From positions 4,350,001 through 4,382,000 of the forward strand of contig NC_008312.1 of the NCBI RefSeq assembly GCF_000014265.1: DNA of 32,000 nt, written 5' to 3'. The notes under the pieces are model-generated. The model was not told where the DNA came from. It made no database searches and saw only the letters and a list, made by a program, of their open reading frames with translations. This document shows, one piece after another, positions 1 through 8,133 of this stretch. Positions within the stretch are counted from its first letter, which is position 1. Each line of letters opens with the position of its first letter. The stretch is from Trichodesmium erythraeum IMS101. GTDB taxonomy: Bacteria > Cyanobacteriota > Cyanobacteriia > Cyanobacteriales > Microcoleaceae. The translations under genes were made by a program, and so were the position numbers.

Positions 1-673
1 CCTCGTGCATCACAGCAATGCGGTCAGACATACTCATAGCCTCTTGTTGGTCGTGAGTTACCATTACAAATGTGACCCCCAAATCTTTATGTATATTGGA
101 CAATTCCATTTGCATTTGTTTGCGTAGCTTTAAGTCTAAAGCCCCCAGGGGTTCATCTAATAATAATACTGCTGGACGATTTACTAAAGCCCTTGCTAAA
201 GCCACCCGTTGTTGTTGTCCACCAGATATTTGATTAGGGTAGCGATCAGCAAATTTCTCCATTTTGACCAACTGCAAAGCTTGTGCTACTTTTTCCTCAG
301 TTTCAGTTTTTCCTAAACGTTTTATTCGTAGTCCAAAAGCGATATTATCTTTAACGCTCAAATGATTAAATAAAGCGTAGCTTTGAAAAACAGTATTTAC
401 TGGACGACGGTAAGCAGGAGTTTGACTCATAGATTGGCCTCGAATAATTATTTCACCTGCCGATGGGGTTTCAAATCCAGCTATTAAACGTAATGTGGTA
501 GTTTTACCACACCCAGAAGGTCCTAGAATACTAAAAAATTCTCCTTGACGAATATTGAAGTCCACGCCCTTTACTGCTGTATGGCCTTCAAATACTTTGA
601 ATACTTTACGCAGTTCAACGTCATTTTTGGTTTTATTTAGGGTCGTCCCAATATTCAGTGCAGTTTGAGTCAT
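1..673 (-). CDS. ABC transporter ATP-binding protein, PotA/CysA-like (N-terminal ~224 codons; the C-terminus runs off the left edge)
   Basis: Absent from the ORF track because it is open at the window edge. Reverse-complement translation from the ATG at 673..671 gives [34 protein letters not shown]... It contains [23 protein letters not shown] (Walker A), [15 protein letters not shown] (ABC signature), [11 protein letters not shown] (Walker B) and VTHDQ (H-loop). It is clearly paralogous to the ATPase at 25465..26610. Confidence 0.85.
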   Translation of the reverse strand, partial: MTQTALNIGTTLNKTKNDVELRKVFKVFEGHTAVKGVDFNIRQGEFFSILGPSGCGKTTTLRLIAGFETPSAGEIIIRGQSMSQTPAYRRPVNTVFQSYALFNHLSVKDNIAFGLRIKRLGKTETEEKVAQALQLVKMEKFADRYPNQISGGQQQRVALARALVNRPAVLLLDEPLGALDLKLRKQMQMELSNIHKDLGVTFVMVTHDQQEAMSMSDRIAVMHE

Positions 674-1534
674 AATTGTTATGCCTTGGGAAATTGGGTT
701 TTCAACTAATTTAAATATTAGGTTTTGTAGTATTTTAACAGTTTGCGCTATTAGACTTCATCAAGAGTGAGTCAAGCTAGTCATGAAATATTTCCAGAAA
801 AGGTTCTCAAACCCTTATAGCACTAATGTTTAAAATCTCTATTTTCCCAGAGGTCTGTTGAAGTAGAACTTAGCTATTAGCAATCAGCTTCTCAAGGTAT
901 ATGTATAGTATAAATTTTAGTCCTATTTCTTACATATCCCTAATTTTTCCTCAATGGGTAAAAAACACTAGGGGGCTATTGCTCTTGAATTATTAACTTA
1001 TAACTAAATGCTGTTTGGGGAGAATTCTATCAGGAAAAGCTAATAGTTAGTTAACTGTAGAATTCAGCTATTAAGAATTAGCTTCTTAAGGTGACTGTCA
1101 ACTCTTAGGGATAAAAACCCCCGTTAGATATCAGATTTATTCTGGCTTAATTAATAAAACTTTTAGGGAAAAATTAGTTTTAATGCCTCCCACCCTGATT
1201 AGGGGGAATTTTGAGTTGTTTTTTTTTGATACATATGTTAAAATATTATTAATTTATTAGTGGTAGGCGCAGGTTGATAGTTTGAGACAAAAAATGGACA
1301 CACACTTTAGCTCTCTTCCTGGAGGGGGAACGGTGAAGTTGGGGTGTTTGTAGTAGGTTGTCAAGCCTAGACTGGTCTTTGAACTTCGCCTGGTTATGGT
1401 TCTATGTCCTTAACAGTTAGTGAGGATGTCAAAAGGTAATAAAAGTAATAAATTATAACATAATATAATTTTTCTAGCTGCAAATCTATAAATCTATTTA
1501 TGGGTTAGAACTATTCTTTGAATAAATATTAATA

Positions 1535-2224
1535 TTAATTGGTGGGTGAGGGAGAAACTTCTGAGTTACTAGATGATTTTTCCGATGGTTCTTTGCTTGT
1601 TTCTGGTTGCTCTTTTTTTTCGGTAGATTTTTCTTCTTCTTCTGTTTTCTCCTCATCGGAGATTTCAAGTTTTTCCCATTCGGAAACTGGTTTAGTTAAT
1701 ACATTTTTGAAGTTGACAGATAATAACAAAACAGATACCTCTTCTGGTGGTTCTCCCTCCGGTTCTAATTGAGAATATATAAAATTACCATTAAAGTCTG
1801 GTTGACCTAAAAATAGACGCATGTTTTTACCGTCTTTAAGTTGAACTTCTAAAGTGATTTCTGGTTTTTCTAAACCATATTCTGATAACCGAGAAATTGA
1901 AGTTGATATAGAGCGATCGCTTTTTAAGTTTGTTAGTTCATATAATAAAAATTCTACTGTTTGTAAATCAGCTTTTTTTTCGACAGGTGCAGTTATATTC
2001 CAGGCTTTTTCTTCTGCTTCTTTATTGATTTTTAAGGTTAATGTTTCTGACTCTTGTTTGATGGTAATAGTCTGAATTTGTTCTGAATCAAAATTAAACA
2101 CTTGTTTTTGTTTTTCTTGAGTTTCCGTTTGTTGTTGTTTACCTCGAATTTCGTATAAGTAAACAAATCCTCCTAAAACAAGTGCTGTTAACATTAATAT
2201 TAAAGTTGTTCTTTTGATTTTCAT
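1535..2224 (-). CDS. membrane-anchored protein, DUF4340-like partner of the GldG-like gene
   Basis: The ORF track gives 1535..2263 (242 aa). I prefer the internal ATG at 2224..2222, which gives MKIKRTTLILMLTALVLGGFVYLYE (basic N-terminus plus one TM helix). It lies about 125 nt downstream of the GldG-like gene on the same strand. The C-terminal tail is E/K/S-rich and low complexity. The family call rests on my memory of typical GldG + DUF4340 gene pairs, not on a search. Confidence 0.6.
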   Translation of the reverse strand: MKIKRTTLILMLTALVLGGFVYLYEIRGKQQQTETQEKQKQVFNFDSEQIQTITIKQESETLTLKINKEAEEKAWNITAPVEKKADLQTVEFLLYELTNLKSDRSISTSISRLSEYGLEKPEITLEVQLKDGKNMRLFLGQPDFNGNFIYSQLEPEGEPPEEVSVLLLSVNFKNVLTKPVSEWEKLEISDEEKTEEEEKSTEKKEQPETSKEPSEKSSSNSEVSPSPTN

Positions 2225-2248
2225 ATTATTTATGCTTTTAGGGAGTAT

Positions 2249-2276
2249 GTAGGGACATAACACGCAACGTCCCTAC
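2249..2276 (-). other. intergenic hairpin GTAGGGAC-N12-GTCCCTAC between the GldG-like and DUF4340-like genes
   Basis: Perfect 8-bp inverted repeat (2249..2256 / 2269..2276) with a 12-nt loop. No U-tract follows on the transcribed (-) strand, so it is not a classical terminator. A related GCAACGTCC(C)TAC hairpin occurs at 11271..11306. Confidence 0.4.
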
Positions 2277-2350
2277 CCCTAATCAATACTCAAGTAGAAA
2301 AGTTTTTGATAATGATAAATGGTATTAGGGGGGAGCTAAATTTTGACTTT

Positions 2351-4093
2351 TTATCGTCGCTGCCACCAAATTATTCCACCAATTGTCAAGGCTAAAATTG
2401 GCAAGATTACAATTGCCATCCAGCTTAAAAATCTGGCTTTTACTAAACTCATTGCAATACGACGATTTGTAGTTTTTTTCGGACTAATAGAAAGTGTTTC
2501 TTGTTCTGGTTTACTTAACCAAGAAATTGAATTAAGAAATACGTCTCCATTTAGTTGTTGTTGAAACCAACCATTGGTAGCAAATTGAGAATTTCCTAAT
2601 ACTATTAAACGTGCTTCTTCTAATTTATTTTCTAATTTTACCTCTATTTTACTAGAATCTAATTCATCTGGTGGTTGACCAGGAAGTGGGGAAATAACCT
2701 CTGCTGAAGTTGTCTTTTTTTCTGCTTCTAATTCTGAAGTATAAGTTGTAGTAGGTTCATTAGGTGGTTGACCAGGAAGTGAAGGAATAGGAGTCAATTC
2801 TAATTCTGTTTCCTGATTTTTTTCCCCAGTAGAAGAACGAGTCAAAGCTACACCTAAAGATAATGGTCCAATACGATCGCGACCTTCATTAAATCTTAAC
2901 TCACCCCTTAAATCTGTTTCTGCCCAACTTTGGTTACCAGTCCAAATTATAGGACTTTCCTTTATCCCATCTATGGCCTCAGTTTCTATGGGTCGGGCAA
3001 AGGGATATAATGAAATGCCATTACCAAAATCTTGGGTAATAGGATGTTCTCCATACATTGTAACTAATACCACCCAGGGGTCAAGACCGACTAATCTACC
3101 AATTTTGGGGTCATCTATTGCTAGGCGATCGTCAACTAATACACCCCACTCTTCAAATAAATTATTTAATCCTGGATCGGTGCTTGGGTCTAACATTATC
3201 AAAACACCGCCACCTTTTTCTAAATACTCTTGTAAAGCAATAACTTCTGCTTCTAAAAATTTTCTTTGAGCACCAGCAATAATTACAACATCTGCATCTT
3301 CTGGTACTTGAGAAATGCTTGCCAAATTGATAGATTCTACTATGTAATTCTTACTTTCAAGAGCATTAACAGCTTCAGAAAAACCTTTTTGGCCTTCTTT
3401 TAATTCTCGTTCCCCATGACCTTGAATAAAGTAGATTTTTAAAATTCGGCTACCAAGTATTTTTTCGATACTATTTGTGAGTTTAGATTCTGTTAGAAGC
3501 TCTAGTTGTTTACTAATAATAACTTCTTTTTTCTCCCCCACTTCTAGATGAATTTCTCCTAACTGTTTTACTCCAAATTGATTGGCTTTTCCTGGTTGTG
3601 TTTGAGGGTCTACTAACTCAAATATAAATTTACCATTTCCTTGTCTTTGATAATTTTCTATTAACTGAGTATATTGGGGATTTTCTCCTCGGTCAAATAT
3701 CCAAAGTTTGACTGGCTTTTGGAGATTTTCTAGTATTTCTATAGTTTGTGGTGATAATGTAAATTTTTGGTTTTCAGTCAGGTCTATTCTTGTTTGATAA
3801 CGAACTGCTAGAAAGTTAATTATCCCCAAAATTATCAGGACTGAAATAGTTGCAAAAATTGCATTTGTACCTGCTTCAGTTGCCCGACCACTCCACCAAG
3901 TTATGTTTGGGTTTTGTTCTCTAGAATAAGCTTGATAAAAAATCCATAAGCCAGTTATTATTATGGAAATACCTATCAATATTAATGGTATAGGTTCCCA
4001 ATTTCCTGACACAAATCCTGCTGATACACCGATAATAGCTGAAATTGGTCCAAGCCAAAATAAATAACTCCAAGTACTTTTGATAATTTTCAT
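2351..4093 (-). CDS. GldG-like / ABC-type transport auxiliary component (ABC_transp_aux-like)
   Basis: 580-aa ORF. N-terminal TM helices (LFWLGPISAIIGVSAGFV, PLILIGISIIITGLWIF, AIFATISVLIILGIINFLAV), a large soluble body, and a C-terminal TM helix (FLSWMAIVILPILALTIGGIIWW). This layout matches GldG-family proteins as I remember them. There is an internal LPGQPP(N/D)E duplication near residue 440-480. Confidence 0.7.
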   Translation of the reverse strand: MKIIKSTWSYLFWLGPISAIIGVSAGFVSGNWEPIPLILIGISIIITGLWIFYQAYSREQNPNITWWSGRATEAGTNAIFATISVLIILGIINFLAVRYQTRIDLTENQKFTLSPQTIEILENLQKPVKLWIFDRGENPQYTQLIENYQRQGNGKFIFELVDPQTQPGKANQFGVKQLGEIHLEVGEKKEVIISKQLELLTESKLTNSIEKILGSRILKIYFIQGHGERELKEGQKGFSEAVNALESKNYIVESINLASISQVPEDADVVIIAGAQRKFLEAEVIALQEYLEKGGGVLIMLDPSTDPGLNNLFEEWGVLVDDRLAIDDPKIGRLVGLDPWVVLVTMYGEHPITQDFGNGISLYPFARPIETEAIDGIKESPIIWTGNQSWAETDLRGELRFNEGRDRIGPLSLGVALTRSSTGEKNQETELELTPIPSLPGQPPNEPTTTYTSELEAEKKTTSAEVISPLPGQPPDELDSSKIEVKLENKLEEARLIVLGNSQFATNGWFQQQLNGDVFLNSISWLSKPEQETLSISPKKTTNRRIAMSLVKARFLSWMAIVILPILALTIGGIIWWQRR

Positions 4094-5704
4094 ATTATCT
4101 TTTTTTCAATGTCTAAATTCTCTTGAATAGTAAATTAGGAATAACATCGAAACAATATTATAAATAGATTGAGAGATTTCTGCAATAAATGATTGATATC
4201 AAATCTGGTTGATAAAAGCTCAGAGAAAATTTTGATGATTAACTTTCTTAATTATCTAATGTCTCATTTAATCCAGATAAAAGATATTCACCTGATAATA
4301 TAATATCCATAGTTAAAATTTCTAGATATTGATTGTAACATTATTTTGACAATAAGTTTAGACTTGTTTTTTTTGAGAATTAATTAAGTTAATAATAAAC
4401 CTGATGCTCAATATTATCTAATTTTTAGCTATCAAGGTGTGAATTTATCAGATTGAGGCCGTAATTTAATCATAAAATATCAAGAAATAGCAGGAAAAAT
4501 CTTTCTTTTCTGTTGAGTAATAGTTTCCCATTTTTCTAAAGAGACTCAAGAAAAATTAAGGGAGCGATCGCTTCCTCCTGGTCAACTAAATATTAAAACT
4601 ACTCCTAAGTAAGCTTGATAATTCCAGAGACTAATATCAATAATTAAATTAACTTCTTTTTGACCACTTTGCACCACAAGCTGGGAAAATAATAATTAAT
4701 TCTCTTTGATAATTTATTTTTAATTGTAATTCAAGATAGCTTGACACAGTCAAAAAAATTGTTTTCTATTTAGCTTCGTAATTGGATTAAGATTTAATAC
4801 TATAGTTATAAGTTAAAATCTTTTTTCGGTGGAGTCCCCAGGGTAGTTGTCTGGAAAGAGAGAAGAGGTATATTGAGATTTGATAGGCGATCGCTTAGGG
4901 CATGCTAAAGGTTGAGAAGTACTTTTTTGACATTTTTATCAAGAGCTTCACTATAAAAAAAATTGCCCAACGGCAAGGAATATCCTAGATATATTATTTT
5001 AGGGGGATATATTTGGCCAATAACACAGATAAAAGATAAGTTGAGTCACTATTATCTAGGGACGGAGAAGAAAGTAAGTCTGAGGCCAATGGCCCGTAGA
5101 AAGTTGTCTATCCTCAGGAAAAATCAGGAAAAGCAGGAGAGAACTGAGTCGAAAGAAAAGAAAAAGTTGGAGACAGGAGGGAAGCAATTTCAATGAGATA
5201 AAACTATATTTGATGGCCATTCTATCTCTTCATTACCCCATTACCAGAAGAGGTGGCAGAGCTAGAAAAATTTGATTCTGGGGATAGTTGAGTAGAGTTA
5301 GGGGTGAGATAATGTAGGTGAGATTAGATATTCAGGAAATGACAACAGTATCCGTAGAGGTCAAACTATATCTGGTAGTTAAGGCAGAAGAACAAGGGCG
5401 CTGTGAAGTCAAAAGGACAAATTAACTAGAAGATGTAGGAAATTGTTAATAATTAACAGAATTATAGTGTGTTGAGGTAGTTGAGGTAGAAAAAGATGGG
5501 TGTGTTGAAGGTTCCTTAGAGTGAAAGGATAATAGACATATCCAGAAAATCAGTAATTTTATGAAAGCGTTCTATGGAACAGGAAGTAAAAGTAAACAAA
5601 AAAAAATTATTAATTATACAATTCTTAATTATCTGTCTAGTGGCTAAACTAGTTTTTTCCCAATTTCAACTGTCTAGCTCTGGCTAAATTTAAGGTCATC
5701 AGAA

Positions 5705-6000
5705 GCGATCGCTCCCCCCCCATCTTTAGCAATAATATTTATGGTATCAATTATTTTTTTAATATTTCTCTAATATTTTTCTTTTAACTAAAATAGCAGC
5801 ATCTCTAGTAACTTTTGCCAGGGTTGACTAACTGATAAGATATTAGAAGTAGTAAAAAGGAGCGATCGCCACAATAATTTAAATCTTCATTATCTCCTTA
5901 GTAGCTGTTCTAGTCAAAATTGACAGGGCTTTTCAAAGTGATGAACTATATTACCATCACTAAAACCTTCTAAGGAGGTTGCATGAAAACTCCCTACTAT
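5705..6000 (-). pseudogene. decayed C-terminal half of a GT4-type glycosyltransferase (relic 1)
   Basis: Minus-strand translation gives VGSFHATSLEGFSDGNIVHHFEKPCQF* (compare the GT4 PSxxEGFG...G.PVI block). About 25 codons later it gives STLAKVTRDAAILVKRK (compare SSLPEVAGDAAILV). Stops and frameshifts interrupt it. Confidence 0.35.
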
Positions 6001-6040
6001 GGTCTGCCGTGCCGGAAAACTTCTGTATTGTCATTGATAT

Positions 6041-6266
6041 GCGATCGCTCTCCCTATCTTTAGGAATAACATTCATCACATCAGTTATTTCTCCCACATT
6101 TTTCGGTTTAACTAAAATATCAGTATCTCCAGCAACTTCTGACAGGGATGAAATATAACAAGTACTAATACGAATTCGCTCCCATGCATTCTCAGAAAAT
6201 GTAGATAGATATTCCTGTAGGTTCTGGGGTTAATACTGATGAGTTATAAAGAAGTTTCTTAGACAT
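6041..6266 (-). pseudogene. internally deleted glycosyltransferase relic (N-terminal ~30 codons joined to a C-terminal ~37 codons; relic 2)
   Basis: The minus strand from the ATG at 6266 gives MSKKLLYNSSVLTPEPTGISIYIF*, which resembles a GT4 N-terminus. It then gives SSLSEVAGDTDILVKPKNVGEITDVMNVIPKDRESDR. At DNA level 6041..6150 is a diverged copy of 5705..5828. Confidence 0.35.
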
Positions 6267-6605
6267 TAATAGTTAAAGGCAACAATTTTAAAGACTGTAG
6301 GTTAGCTCAGAATGTAGCAAGAACTCTTAGAGTCACCCAATATTTTCACTTAACTAGGTTCAGATCAGATAAAAAATTCTCACCCTTCCAAATGATGGAA
6401 AGAGGAAATCATGTATTTATGCATTAAAATTTAATAAGCTCAAAACTTTGATGCCCTCTGTAATTTTAGGAAATTATTTCAAATTTTAGCTATATTTAAT
6501 TAGTTTAAATTAGTTTAGCCTAAGTTTATCAAATTAGTATAACCTTAAGTTAGGTTAAAATTGAGTCGGCAAATTTCTATATAAATAGTTAAGGGACTTG
6601 AACTG

Positions 6606-8057
6606 ATGAATGAAAGGAAAAAAAGCAGACGAGGTCGTATTCTGACAGATGAAGGGTTTGAGAAACTAAAAAATGCTGTAAATAAAAAGTTTCTCCTTGA
6701 TAATATCGAATCCACAGCTATTGAGCTTACAGAAATGTTAAGTCTAGTTATCCAGAATAAAGGAGAATTTAGTCTAAATACTTTAAAAAAAATCTGGAAG
6801 CGTGAAGAAAATACTGACATAAAATTTATTAAAGTAATAGCTGAAACTTTTGGTTTAAAATTTGAGGATGGTATTGACTATACCTATAAAGATGATACTG
6901 ATAATACTACAGAACAAAAAACTTCTTCTTCTCCTGCTACTGCTAAAATTGATACAGATATAGAAGATTATAATTTGCAGTGGGTAGGTCGCTGTGACCT
7001 AATTTCTGAGTTGAGGCAAAACCTGTTAGGTGAGTTGCGCATAATATCTATTGTTGGCATAACTGGTATTGGTAAAACTTCTCTGGCAATGCAACTTTCT
7101 GTTGACGAGCATATCTCAAATTACCTGACTTCCTCTTGGGTGAATTTTTATGATGCTCCAACTAAAACTTTTGATGTAGTAGCGCGACAGGTATTGGGGG
7201 AAAAGTTGGCTGCACAACCTCAGTTAAAACAGGATCGAGAAGTTCTACTGTTAACAATGATAAATGAGTTACAAGTTCGCCCGACTCTATTAATTATGGA
7301 TATGTTGGAAGGGGTCTTAATGCCTGAGGAGAAAGGTGGTTATCGGTGGAAGGAGGAAGAGTCTATTTTTGCAGATTTTCTAGGAAGAATAATACTAGCT
7401 GAAAATATGCCCTCTCGGATAATACTAACTTCTCAATATAGTTTACCTGTGTTAATACAAAGTAGGTATGATGATGTCCGACTCCTACAAGTCACTCTTA
7501 AGGGTTTAACTCAGGAGGAGTCTTTGGGACTATTTGAGAGCTGGAAAGTTAACATTGAGAATAATCAAATCAAAAATTTTTTAATCAGAATAATTAATAT
7601 TTATGATGGTCATCCTCTAGCTTTAAGGTTGATTGCTGGGGATATTATTAATGAACCTTATGATGGAGATTTTGAAGCTTTTTGGGAAGATAATAAACTA
7701 TATTTTGAAGCGATAGAGTCTCAGAATATAAATGGAGAAAATTTTGAGGGAAAAGATATTATTGATAGGGTTGGCAGTAGAGTGGAGGAAACTTTAAAAC
7801 GTTTATCTGTTTCTCACATTTTTGCTTATTTAATGTTATGTATGGGAGGAGAATTAGAATGTTTTGTAGAGAAAAATGCCTGGCTTCTGCTTTTGTGTAA
7901 TCTACCAAAAGAAGAACAGAATTTAGCTTTTGAAACTTTAAATAAAAGGTTTTTATTGGATCGAAAAAATTTTCAAAATAAAGCTTTTTATCGTCTTCAT
8001 AGTTTAATTAAAAATGTGGCAAATGAATATGATTTGGATAATTTTGAAAAAGATTGA
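6606..8057 (+). CDS. STAND NTPase, NB-ARC/AP-ATPase type, with small HTH-like N-terminal module (cassette 1 NOD)
   Basis: 483-aa ORF. Motifs in order: Walker A VGITGIGKTSLAMQL, Walker B LLIMDMLE, SRIILTSQ (RNBS-B/sensor-1 position), GHPLALRLIAGDI (GxP/GLPL motif), and FYRLHSLIKNV (MHD-like His motif) near the C-terminus. The N-terminal ~90 aa align by eye with the N-terminus of the 11784 paralog. Confidence 0.85.
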   Translation: MNERKKSRRGRILTDEGFEKLKNAVNKKFLLDNIESTAIELTEMLSLVIQNKGEFSLNTLKKIWKREENTDIKFIKVIAETFGLKFEDGIDYTYKDDTDNTTEQKTSSSPATAKIDTDIEDYNLQWVGRCDLISELRQNLLGELRIISIVGITGIGKTSLAMQLSVDEHISNYLTSSWVNFYDAPTKTFDVVARQVLGEKLAAQPQLKQDREVLLLTMINELQVRPTLLIMDMLEGVLMPEEKGGYRWKEEESIFADFLGRIILAENMPSRIILTSQYSLPVLIQSRYDDVRLLQVTLKGLTQEESLGLFESWKVNIENNQIKNFLIRIINIYDGHPLALRLIAGDIINEPYDGDFEAFWEDNKLYFEAIESQNINGENFEGKDIIDRVGSRVEETLKRLSVSHIFAYLMLCMGGELECFVEKNAWLLLLCNLPKEEQNLAFETLNKRFLLDRKNFQNKAFYRLHSLIKNVANEYDLDNFEKD

Positions 8058-8133
8058 TTAACTCGGCTTTAAAAAAAATAAACCTGAAGAAAAATACTTT
8101 TATCAAAATATAGATAATTAATTAAATTTAACC

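Noticed and set aside
1539-3269. Plus-strand ORFs 1539..1772, 1854..2075, 2343..2564 and 2973..3269.
   Set aside because: They are antisense to the well-supported DUF4340-like and GldG-like genes. Their peptides are low complexity and Ser/Phe-rich.
4963-5196. 77-aa ORF (+) in the gene desert.
   Set aside because: The product is Lys/Glu-rich and low complexity, and the ORF lies in a purine-rich tract. There is no ribosome-binding site and no recognisable motif. It is most likely a chance ORF.
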